Origin: an uncultured Chloroflexia bacterium
GTDB lineage: Bacteria; Chloroflexota; Limnocylindria; Limnocylindrales; CSP1-4
Direction: 5' to 3'
DNA: 64,000 nucleotides
Assembly (NCBI GenBank): GCA_963731865.1
Contig: CAVSXG010000002.1
Span: 612,057-676,056 of the forward strand
The notes below the pieces were generated by a model that did not search any database, had not been told where the DNA came from, and worked only from the letters and a program-made list of their open reading frames with translations. Below, piece by piece: positions 19,898 through 29,524 of the stretch; positions within the stretch are counted from its first letter, which is position 1, and the number at the start of each line of letters is the position of its first letter. Both the position numbers and the translations under genes were made by a program.

Positions 19898-19921
19898 GAA
19901 GTCTGGAACTCCTCCCTGCGA

Positions 19922-21115
19922 TCAGTCGTCCTTGCCAAGCAGTGCTCGTGCGATCACGAGCCGCTGGATCTGTTGGGTCCCCTCGTAGATCTGGGTGATC
20001 TTCGCGTCGCGCATCATGCGCTCGACGGGGAATTCGTCGATGTAGCCGTAGCCACCAAGGACCTGTACCGCGTCCGTGGTGACTCGCATCGCCGTGTCCC
20101 CGGCCACGAGTTTACACATCGCCGACCAGCGACCGGCGTCAGGAGCTCCTGCCTCGATCTCGACGCACGCCTTGTACAGGAGCTGGCGTGCCGCTTCGGT
20201 CCCGGCGTCCATGTCGGCGAGCATCGCGGCGATCATCTGGAGATCTCCGATTCGCTTGCCGAATTGACGACGCTCGGTGGCGTAGCGCGTGGCGACCTCC
20301 AGGGCGCCCTGGGCTATCCCGACCGCCTGTGCGGCAATCCCCGGTCGACTCCGCTCGAACGTCCTCATCGCGATGCCAAAGCCGTCGCCCTCGTCGCCGA
20401 TCCGGTTGTCCGCCGGCACGAGGACGTTGTCGAAAGCGAGCTCGGCGGTCGGGCTGCCCCGGATTCCCATCTTGTGTTCGATTCGAGGCACCGAGAACCC
20501 CGCGGTGGGGACCTCGACCATGAAGCACGAGAGGCGGCGATGTCGGGGCGCTTCCGGATCGGTCACCGCGAAGATCGTGATCAGGTCGGCCACCGAACCG
20601 TGGGAGATGAATCGCTTCGCGCCGCTGATCCGGTAATCGTCGCCATCGCGGATGGCGCGGGTCCGGGTCGCGGCGGCATCGGAACCCGCCTCCGCCTCGG
20701 TCAGGGCGAACGCGATCAGGGACGCACCGCTTGCCAGCTTCGGGAACCAGCGCGCCCGCTGATCTGGCGTGCCGGCGAGCAGCAGCGGCAGCGCGCCCAG
20801 CTCGTGAACGGCGAGGATCAGCCCGGTCGTGGCGCAGGCGCGGCTGAGCTGCTCGACGGCAAGGCAGACCGACAGCAGTTCGCCACCGAGACCGCCGAAC
20901 TCCTCGGGAAACGGAAGGGCCAGGATGTCCTGGGCGGCGAGGAGCTGCCGAAGGTCTTCGGGGAACTCCCCGGTTCGGTCGATATCCGCGGCACGAGGCG
21001 CCACGCGCTCGTCGGCAAGCTCGCGGACGGCATCGCGGAGGAGCCGCTGCTCCTCGGTCAACCGGTAAGGGCCTTGGGCTGGGCTCGGCGCGGTCACTTC
21101 GGCCGATCGTAGCAC
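19922..21115 (-). CDS. Acyl-CoA dehydrogenase
   Basis: Full-length ACAD fold with the catalytic glutamate region YEGTQQIQRLVIARALLG. Confidence 0.85.
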   Translation of the reverse strand: MLRSAEVTAPSPAQGPYRLTEEQRLLRDAVRELADERVAPRAADIDRTGEFPEDLRQLLAAQDILALPFPEEFGGLGGELLSVCLAVEQLSRACATTGLILAVHELGALPLLLAGTPDQRARWFPKLASGASLIAFALTEAEAGSDAAATRTRAIRDGDDYRISGAKRFISHGSVADLITIFAVTDPEAPRHRRLSCFMVEVPTAGFSVPRIEHKMGIRGSPTAELAFDNVLVPADNRIGDEGDGFGIAMRTFERSRPGIAAQAVGIAQGALEVATRYATERRQFGKRIGDLQMIAAMLADMDAGTEAARQLLYKACVEIEAGAPDAGRWSAMCKLVAGDTAMRVTTDAVQVLGGYGYIDEFPVERMMRDAKITQIYEGTQQIQRLVIARALLGKDD

Positions 21116-21246
21116 CGGGACGACGCGGCTTCCGGGGATGCGGTCTATGCCCTATTGCCGCCCGTCTGAGCCGCGCGTAGTCTCCTGTCAGCTGGTGGAC
21201 TGCGGCTTCGGGGGTCGCGGCAACCAGCAATCCGGGGTCACGCGAT

Positions 21247-21465
21247 ATGGAACAGACCCAGCTCGTTGCCATCACCGGCGCGGCCGCGCTTGGCATCCTG
21301 GCCACGATTGCCATCCTGCGCAGACAGCGCCACGCGCTCGAGCCACCACGAGAATCCCCGTTCGCGGTCTCCACCGAGGGCGAGAAACGCTGTCCGAAGT
21401 GCGGGATGGGCAACCTGTGGACGCAGGACCGCTGCATCACGTGCGGGACGAAGCTCGCGGGCTGA
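21247..21465 (+). CDS. Small membrane protein with C-terminal zinc ribbon
   Basis: TM helix followed by CPKCG...CITCG. Sits alone on the plus strand between minus-strand genes. Confidence 0.4.
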   Translation: MEQTQLVAITGAAALGILATIAILRRQRHALEPPRESPFAVSTEGEKRCPKCGMGNLWTQDRCITCGTKLAG

Positions 21466-21559
21466 TCAGAGCACCGGCAACTGCCGCGCGGCGGGGGCCG
21501 CGGCGATCCGGGCCGCAAGCACCTCGCTGACGTCCAGGGTCGCCACGGCCCGCCCGCCA

Positions 21560-23590
21560 TCAGCTGCCGCCAGGCCGTCGCTGAGCATGACCATGCAGAA
21601 CGGGCACGACGTCGCCACGGTGGCGGCGCCCGTCTCGACGACCTGACGGGCGCGCTCGGCATTGATCCGCGTGCCGCGCGTCTCCTCCATCCACATTCGA
21701 CCACCACCCGCGCCGCAGCAGAACGTGTTCTTGCCGCTCTTCTCGAGTCTCGGTGATGGTGACCCCGGCCGCGCCGAGGACGTCGCGTGGCGCGGCGACC
21801 ACGTTGTTGTAGCGGGCTAGATAACACGAGTCGTGCACCGTGACGGCGCCGGGCCGGTGATCCCCGGTGGTCGAGGTCGCATCCTCAGGGAGCGTCGCCA
21901 ACCGTCCAGATGCCACGAGATCGGCAAGGAACGTGCTGTGGTGGACGATCCGGAACTGGCCGCCGAGCTGGCCGTATTCGTTGCCGATCGTGTTGAAGCA
22001 GTGTGGGCAGGCGGTCACGATCGTTCGCTCACCCATGCCGTACCGGTTGAGCGTCTCGACGTTGCCCGACGCGAGGATCTGGTAGACGTAGTCGTTGCCC
22101 ATTCGCCGGGCCGGATCGCCGGTGCACGACTCCTCCTGGCCGAGAATGGCGAACTCCACGCCCGCGGCGTGGAGACAGGTCGCCACGGCACGCGCGACCT
22201 TCTGGTTCCGCGGGTCGAATGCGGCCGCGCAGCCCACCCAGTACAGGACCTCGAGCCCATCGAGCCCCCCCGCGGCAGCGACGTCGGCCACGAGGGGCAC
22301 CTCGAACGGGAGGCTCTTCGTCCAGTCGGTCCGCGCAGATGCCGGCTGGCCCCACGGGTTGCCCTGGCCTTCCATCGCCCGGAACGCCGGCGTCAGCTCG
22401 GCCGGGAAGCGGCTCTCCTCGAGGACAAGGTTGCGACGCAGCCCGACGATCTTGTCGACGTGCTCGATCAGGACCGGGCAGGCCTCGACGCACGCGCCGC
22501 AGGTGACGCAATCCCAGACCGCGTCGTACGGGATCGCGGTATCGACGATCGGTCGGGCCAGGGCCGCTGCCGCGGGTCGCGTGCCCTCGAGGCCGTACGT
22601 CTCGCGCACGATGGGGCTGTTGGGGATCAGGTCGATCCCGTGCTCGGCCTCGACCGACATGTCCCGGATGCCCATGATGAAGGTCTTGGGGTTGAGCGGC
22701 TTGCCGGTCGTCCAGGCCGGGCAGGCCGCCTGGCAGCGACCGCATTCGGTGCAGGTAAAGCCGTCGAGCAGATCCTTCCAGCCGAGGTCCTGGAGCGTCT
22801 TGAGCCCAAAGGTCGCGCTCTCGTCCTCGAGATCCATCTGGGGAAGCTCGCCACGCGGCGCGAGCTTGCGGAACAGGATGTTCGGGAAAGCTCGTGGCGA
22901 TGTGGAGGTGCTTGGAGAACGGCAGGTAGCACAGGAACGCCGCGACAAGCGCCATGTGGCCCCACCACAGGACGGCGAATGCAGCTTCGAGGCGTCGATG
23001 CGCCGAGCGCCCGCAGGGGCACGGCCAGGGCGTTCGACACGAACGCGCCGGTGATCTCGCCGTACCGCGCGACCTCGAAGGCCTGGGCCAAGCAGCTCGG
23101 TGGCGACGACCCCGCCGATCATGCCCAGGATCACGAGGGCATCGCGGTTGAAGGTGAGCCGCGCCGGCCGGGTGACGAGCCGACGAAGGTACGCCCAGCC
23201 GATCGAGACGAGGACGATGACGGCGACCACGTTCTGCATCGCGCTGATCGCCGCCCACAGCGCGCCGTCGAGCGGGATCGCGCAGGACGGTCTGGATGAT
23301 CCCGCCGGTCACGATGTCCGCCGTCCCGATCGTCAGCAGCACGAACCCCCAGAAGATGCCCGGCGTGCAGGAGCCCGGCGCGCAGGTCCTTGAACATCTT
23401 GGTCTGGAGGAACGCGTACTGGACCAGCCCGACGAGGCGCGCCGGGACGTTGGCGAACGGGCGCGACGGCCGGGCGACCGCGAACACCCGCAGGTGTCGG
23501 GCCATGGCCAGCGCGAAGAAGACCGCGGCACCCCAGAACACGCGGGAAGACGAGCGGATAGGCCGGGACCTCGACGAACGGCTCGAACAT
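21560..23590 (-). pseudogene. Membrane-bound (Fe-S)-binding oxidoreductase, heterodisulfide-reductase/GlpC-like (EtfD/Rv0338c-like), with multiple frame changes
   Basis: N-terminal polytopic membrane domain and C-terminal 2x(4Fe-4S)/CCG regions (CTECGRCQAACP, CVTCGACVEACP, WVGCAAAF, CPHCFNTIG). Pieces lie in at least 4 frames (23590, 23541, the 22029.. frame, and 23239/21560). ATG 23590 overlaps the mogA stop. Confidence 0.6.
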
Positions 23591-24062
23591 CAGGCGGTCG
23601 TGCCGTGGTCGTGCGGACCGGCCAGTGTCTCGAGCGCGTGGTCGAGCACGGTCTCGATGCGCCTCGAGCGATTCGAGCGCGCCCTTCGGGCTGCCCGGCA
23701 GGTTCGCGATCAGCGATCGCCCGCGCACGCCGACGACCCCGCGCGACAGGTCGGCCAACGGCGTCTTCGCTCGGCCGGCCGCTCGCATCGCCTCGGCGAG
23801 GCCCGGGAACCTCGTAGTCGATCACGCCTCGGGTCGCCTGCGGCGTCACGTCGCGGGGCGTGAGCCCGGTCCCGCCGGTGGTCACGACGAGCGGGTGGCG
23901 TGCGGCTCCCATCGATCGAGCGCCTCGCTCGATCGCAGCCTGGTCATCGGGGACGAGGACCCGCTCCACCTCGTACCCGAGCGTCGCCAGGCGATCGGCG
24001 ACGCCGGCTCCGGAGACGTCCTCGCGGACGCCGGCCGCGGCGCCATCGCTGGCCGTGATCAC
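23590..24062 (-). pseudogene. Molybdenum cofactor biosynthesis protein MogA/MoaB family, frameshifted
   Basis: N-terminal part ...PLVVTTGGTGLTPRDVTPQATRGVIDYEVPG is in the 24062 frame. ...MRAAGRAKTPLADLSRGVVGVRGRSLIANLPGSPKGALESLEA is in a second frame. The tail IETVLDHALETLAGPHDHGTTA* is in a third. Junction at ~23795-23806 (cccgggcc). Confidence 0.65.
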
Positions 24063-24089
24063 CAGCGCGGATCGCTCGGACGCCAGTCG

Positions 24090-24684
24090 TCATGCGCGGG
24101 TCGCCCTGCGCTTCCCGCCGATCCTGCCCGCGATCCGTCGCCCGGATGGCGGTTCGGGGCGGTCGTCCACCGGGCCGGGCGCGCGCTCCCAGGTCCCGCT
24201 CTTGCCGCCGGTCTTGGAGAGCAGTCGCACGCCGCGGATCTCGACGCCGCGCTCGGCGCCCTTGACCATGTCGTAGACGGTCAGCGCCGCGACCGACGCC
24301 GCGGTCATCGCCTCCATCTCGACGCCGGTCTGACCGGTCGTGGCGGCCTCGGCCCGGATCCGCAGGACGCCGACTGGCTCGATCCGGGGTGATCGCCACC
24401 TGGAGATCGGTGAGCGGGAGCGGGTGGCACAGCGGGATCAGCTCGCTTGTCCGCTTGCCGCCCATCACGCCCGCCAGCTCGGCCACGCCGAGGACGTCGC
24501 CCTTGGAGCCGCCGCCGTCGATCACGAGGCTCATCGTCTCGGGCGAGACCGCCACCGTGGCCTCGGCGACCGCGCGACGCGCCGTGACCGGCTTGGCCGA
24601 CACGTCGACCATCCGTGGCCGGCCCGACCGGTCGACATGCGAGAGCCGTCGACGCTCGGATCGCGGCGCTGGTTTCTGGTCCAT
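24090..24684 (-). pseudogene. moaC: Cyclic pyranopterin monophosphate synthase MoaC, frameshifted
   Basis: N-terminus ...[19 protein letters not shown]...[21 protein letters not shown] is in one frame. C-terminus ...[28 protein letters not shown] is in the 24090..24317 frame. Junction at ~24385-24392 (ccccgg). Confidence 0.65.
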
Positions 24685-24689
24685 TCGGT

Positions 24690-26052
24690 CCTCCGGGTCG
24701 GGTGGCGATCGGGTCAGGCGCTGTCGAGCCACCAGATGGCGACCTCGGCGCCCGCCGGAAGCGAGTCGAGCGGATTCTGGAACGATCGCGAGGGCATCGG
24801 CGGCAGCGAGGGCGGACATCACGTGACTCCCCTGCCCGCCCGCGAGGCGGACGCGGACACGGCCCCGCTCGTCGCGGACCGGCGCGCCGTCGTCGGACCG
24901 TTCCGCCTGGACGCGCAGGTACGCCCGACGACCGTGGCTCTTGGTGACGGGCTGCATCGAGCACGGCCCGATCGGCCGGACGGAGCAGGTCGCGCCGCCC
25001 GGCGAGACGCCGGATCGCGGGCCGGACGAAGAGCTCGAACGTGACCGCCGACGAGACCGGGTTTCCAGGCAGGCCAAAGACCGAGGATCGGCGCACCGCC
25101 GTCGGGTCGCGGCGCGGTGCCGAACGCGAACGGCTTGCCCGGTTGGACCGCCACCCGCCAGAGATCGACCCGTCCGATCGTCTCCATGGCGGTCTTGACG
25201 ACGTCGTACGGCCCGACGGACACGCCGCCCGAGATGATCAGCGCGTCGGCCCCGACCTCGATGCCGCCGCGCAGCCGCTTGAGCACGTCGGCGAGATCGT
25301 CGGTCGCGATGCCGAGATCGATCGCTTCTGCGCCCGCGGCTGCGACCTGGGCGCGCAGACCGGGGCCGTTGGCATCGGGAATGCCCGCCGGGCCCAGCGG
25401 CTCGCCGGGCGCCCGGATCTCGTCGCCGGTCGCGAGCACGCCGACACGCGGGCGTCGGTAGACGCGGAGCGCATCGACGCCGGCGCCGGCGACCAGGGCA
25501 ATCGCGGCCGCCGTCAGCGCGACGCCGGCCTCGAACAGCGTGTCGCCCGGCCCGGAGGTCGCTCGCGGCATCGCGGATGGAGCCACCGACCGGCACGACC
25601 TCGTGGACGAGGCAGGCCGACGGCAGCGGACCAGTCGCATCCCGTCCACGAGACCCGGGATGGCCAGCCGCATCGAGCGGGGTCGTCAGTTCGACCGGCA
25701 CGACGGCGTCGGCGCCGTCGGGAAGCCGCGCGCCGGTGGCGATTCGGACGGCCGTCCCGGGCCGGACGACGACGCTTGGCGCGGCCCCTGCCGCGACATC
25801 GCCGATGACGCGGAGCTCGACCGGGCTGGCGTCGGCTGCCCCGGCGGTATCGGCGGCCTGGATCGCGTACCCGTCCATCGCCGAATTCGGCCACGGCGGC
25901 AGCGAGACCCGCGCGGTCACGGGCTCGGCGACGACCCGCCCGAGCGCGGCGGCCGTCGACATCCGCTCGGTCTCCACCGGGACGAGCTCGGCGAGGATCG
26001 CATCGCGTGCCGCCTCGACACTGAGCAGACCCGGAGCCGCGGGCGCCGTCAT
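24690..26052 (-). pseudogene. moeA: Molybdopterin molybdotransferase MoeA, several frameshifts; 3' end approximate
   Basis: MoeA segments (...[20 protein letters not shown]..., ...[24 protein letters not shown]...[11 protein letters not shown]..., ...[29 protein letters not shown]..., ...[19 protein letters not shown]) are distributed over three frames. One junction at ~25547-25556 (gccgggcg). Confidence 0.6.
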
Positions 26053-26068
26053 CGGCTTCGCGCGGGGG

Positions 26069-26772
26069 TCACGACTGGCTCGATCCGCTGCGGTCGTGAG
26101 CTCGGTGGTCGGCGCGCGGCCCACGCCGACGGTCGCCCGGCGCCCCGCGAGCGACGGCAGTGACGAGGGCGAGCGCGATGATCACGACGCCGACGACGAC
26201 CGCGGTCTCCTGCCAGAACACGAAACGGGAAGAGCTGGACGAGCCGCTCCGTCGCCGGGTCGAAGGTGTACGAACCGCCTGGGAACAGCAAGCCGATGGA
26301 ACAGCTCGAACAAGGCCTCGAACGCGACCAGCGCAACGACCCCGATCAACGCCACGGCTCCCGCCAGCACGAGCGCGCCACGACGAACCGCGACCCAGAC
26401 CGCCGCGTCGTTCCATGCGCCGGCTCGCCGACGAGGAGGATGACGAGCGACGCCGCCGCGAGGATCCAGAGGCCCGATGAAGACCGTCCGCACGTCGCGC
26501 ATGTGCCCGCGCTCGCGCTCGACGAGGACCGGCGACCCGCCAACCTCCACGTCGAAGTCCGGCGGCCCGATGACCAGGTCCGACAGGATGGCGTCGGTCG
26601 CGGTCCGGAGCTCCTCGGTCGTGTAGCCGGTCCACGCGACGGCGTTCGCGCGACCCTGCTCGAAGGCCACCCACTGCGGGGTCAGGAACGGCAGCACAGC
26701 GGCCGTGACGACGACGGTCGCGGTCGCCACCCCGATCAGGATCGAAGCGATCGGCCTCCGGATGGCGTGCAC
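26069..26772 (-). pseudogene. Hypothetical integral membrane protein (possibly DUF1461/TIGR01906-like), apparently frameshifted
   Basis: Convincing N-terminus MHAIRRPIASILIGVATATVVVTAAVLPFL...VERERGHMRDV. A C-terminal TM ([21 protein letters not shown]) lies in another frame. Confidence 0.35.
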
Positions 26773-26798
26773 CGGGTCATCCTAGCCCGTCGCGCGGC

Positions 26799-27188
26799 CT
26801 ACTCGTCCTCGAGCGTCTTCGCCTGGTCCCACCAACCCTCCATGGCGAGATCCGATGGCGGGTCGACCTTGAGCTCGATGGCCGCCGCGCGGACCCGCGC
26901 CTTGAACACATCCAGCGGCAACTCGAGGATCTGCCGAAGGCCCTCGATCCCCGCCTGGACCAACAGCTCGTGCTCCGCCGGACCAAAGCTCGCGAGGTTG
27001 AGCATGAGCGCCTCGTCTCGCCACATCAGCACGTCGTTGACGGTGGCGTCGACCTGGTCCGCGAGGTTCTGGCGGCGGGTCGGCGTCTCCGAAACCTCGA
27101 GCAGCAGACCGGTCGTGAAGACGCCCTGATGGTCGAGGCGATCGAGATGGACCGGCTCGATGCGGGTCAGCTCGTTGATCGGTGGCAC
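26799..27188 (-). CDS. DUF4332-like helix-hairpin-helix protein
   Basis: LTRIEPVHLDRLDHQGVFTTGLL and a second HhH-like repeat. Confidence 0.45.
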   Translation of the reverse strand: MPPINELTRIEPVHLDRLDHQGVFTTGLLLEVSETPTRRQNLADQVDATVNDVLMWRDEALMLNLASFGPAEHELLVQAGIEGLRQILELPLDVFKARVRAAAIELKVDPPSDLAMEGWWDQAKTLEDE

Positions 27189-27277
27189 GGGTCGGGCGGG
27201 ACCTCCAAAGGCGATGCTGGCGATCTGGCTTGGCTCGCGATGGGGTCATTATCCCCGCGCTGGTGGTGCGTCGCGCG

Positions 27278-27592
27278 CTAGATCGGTCGGAGATGCGAGA
27301 TCACACCGTAGGTCCTTCCGGTCTCGGGGTCGTTCCGGGCCGCAACGACCAGGCGTCGCAGTCCCGCCGGAGTCTCGATCCGGCAGGCCAGAGCCGCGCC
27401 ACGCTGGTAGACAAGGTCCATCAGCTCGAACGCGGCCGGCGGCAGATCCAGGAGCGCCTCACGGGCCGGCTGGCCGACGCACCCATTGCCGAACGCCTCG
27501 ATAAAGGCGGCGTTGCCATGCACGATGAGGTGGCCGGGGCCAATGTGAAACGCCGCGGGGTACGGGCGTCGCGCGGCTGAGTCGACGCCCAT
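27278..27592 (-). CDS. Small hypothetical protein (PAS-like fold), translationally coupled to the decarboxylase
   Basis: ATG at 27592 overlaps the decarboxylase TGA (ATGA). 104 aa with no low-complexity sequence. Confidence 0.4.
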   Translation of the reverse strand: MGVDSAARRPYPAAFHIGPGHLIVHGNAAFIEAFGNGCVGQPAREALLDLPPAAFELMDLVYQRGAALACRIETPAGLRRLVVAARNDPETGRTYGVISHLRPI

Positions 27593-29092
27593 CAGACCGC
27601 CGCCACCTGTTCCGCGGCGGCCGCGCGCAACAGGTCCCACGCTCGCTCGACGTGCCGGCTCTCGGTCCGAAGGTTGCCGACCGCGACCCGGATCGTGAAT
27701 CGCCCGGCGAGTCGCGTGTGCGACAGGAACACCTCGCCGGTACGATTGACCGCATCCATGATCGCCGCATTCGCGTCATCGAGCAGCTCGCGCGACGTCC
27801 GGCGCCTCGGCACGGTTGGCAAGCTCGGCGGGCCGCCAGCGGAAGCAGACCGTCGAAAATGGGACAGGCGCCAGGAGCTCCCAGTCCGGATCGGCCCCGA
27901 TCGTCGCGGCGAGATCGGCGGCGAGCTCGAGGTGGCGCTCGATCCGTCGTCGCAGACCGTCGAGCCCGAACCAGCGCAGCTGGATCCACAGCTTGAGCGC
28001 CCGGAACCGACGTCCGAGCTGCGGGGTGTACTCGTTGTAGTCGCGGACCGGCGTCGCGCGATCGAGGGTCCGCAGGTACTCGGGCACAAGACTGAAGGCT
28101 GCCCGCAGCTCCGGCATTCGGCGCGTCAGCAGAAGCGATGCGTCGAGCGGCGTGAACAGCCACTTGTGCGGGTTGATCACGATCGAGTCGGCTCGTTCCC
28201 AACCCGCAAAGGGTGCGCGACGGTCGGGCAGCATGGCGACGACGCCGGCATAGGCGGCATCGACGTGCAGCCAGAGGCCTTCCTGCGCCGCGACGTCCGC
28301 AATCGCTGCGACCGGATCGACCGAGGTCGACGATGTCGTTCCGACCGTCGCCACGATTGCGATCGGCCGGAATCCACGCAGCCCGGTCTTCCGCGATCGC
28401 CTGCCGCGAGCGCGTCCACGACCATCTCGAACCGCTCGTTCACCGGAACGCGGACGAGCGAAACACGCCCAAGCCCGAGGGTCATGCACGCCTTCTCGAC
28501 CGAGCTGTGCGCCTCGGCCGAGGCGTAGACGCGCAACCCGGCACCCAGGTCGTCGCGGGCGGCCAGACCGCGAGCCGAGGCATCCGTCCCCGCGGCTTCC
28601 CGGGCCGCCGCCAGCGCGATCAGCGTCGAGGTCGACGCGGTGTCCGGTGAGGAGTCCGTCGAACCCGTCGGGCAACCCGACGGCCTGCCGCAGCCAGTCG
28701 ACGACGACCTCCTCGAGCTCCGTGCCGATCGGCGAGGTCCGCCACAGCATCGGGTTCTGGCCGAGGGCCGCCGTCAGCATCTCCCCGAGGATTCCGGGGC
28801 CCGATGCCGTCGTCGCGAAATAGGCGAGGAACCCCGGGTGTTGCCAGTGCGTGGCGTTTGGTTCGACCAGCCGGGCATAGTCGGCCAGGATCGCCTCGAT
28901 CGGTTCAGGGGCCTCCGGCGCCGCGGTCGGGAACTGGGGTCGCAGGGAGCCGGGCTCGATCGCCGGAAAGACCGCGCGTGTCTCGACCGTTTCAAGGTAG
29001 TCGGCCATGACGTCGACGACCGCGTGCGCGGCCGCCCGAAAGGCCTCGACGTCCATGTCAAGGAGTGGGGCTGGATGGTCCGGGTCGGTCAC
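27592..29092 (-). pseudogene. Pyridoxal-dependent (group II) amino-acid decarboxylase, frame changes in the middle
   Basis: N-terminus ...WQHPGFLAYFATTASGPGILGEMLTAALG..., middle ...RVYASAEAHSSVEKACMTLGLG... (other frame), PLP region ...WLHVDAAYAG...INPHKWLFTPLD..., C-terminus ...LSHTRLAGRFTIRVAVGNLRTE (third frame). Confidence 0.65.
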
Positions 29093-29116
29093 CGGGCCAG
29101 TGTATGACCTGCCCTA

Positions 29117-29524
29117 TACCGTGTCGGCCGATCGCCCTCCGAGGAACCCGGCAACCGCCTCGACCAGCTCGGCGGGACGATACGGCTTGGCCAGGAAGCC
29201 CGACGCGCCCGTGGCGAGGGCGGTGGCCCGTTCGGCCGGCAGCACGCTCGCGCTCAGGACCACGAATGGAGGGCTTGGACCGCCGCGATCGGCGCCTTCC
29301 CACATTAGCGACAGCCCGTTCCCGTCCGGTAGACGGACGTCGAGCAGGACGAGGTCAACGTGGTTCGTGGCGAGGATGGCGCGGGCGGTTGCCAGGTCCG
29401 GCGCTTCGAGCAGGACCAGCCCGCGCAGACGGTCATCGGTCGCTCGTTCGAGCACCGCACGCAGCAGTACGCGGTTCGGCTCCTCGTCCTCGACGACGAG
29501 GACGACGGGGGGTCGTGCCGTCAA
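29117..29524 (-). CDS. Response regulator, receiver domain only
   Basis: VVLVVEDEEPNR...LVLLDVRLPDGNG...AKPYRP. A likely TTG start overlaps the upstream TGA (TTGA). Confidence 0.65.

Noticed and set aside
23944-26124. 726-aa ORF that looks like a giant MoeA-MoaC fusion; likewise 22029-24062 (677 aa), 16389-17489 (nrdR+dcd, 366 aa) and 3103-4563 (486 aa).
   Set aside because: These are not fusions. Adjacent genes are linked through out-of-frame read-through created by indels; the real proteins switch frames as described under features.
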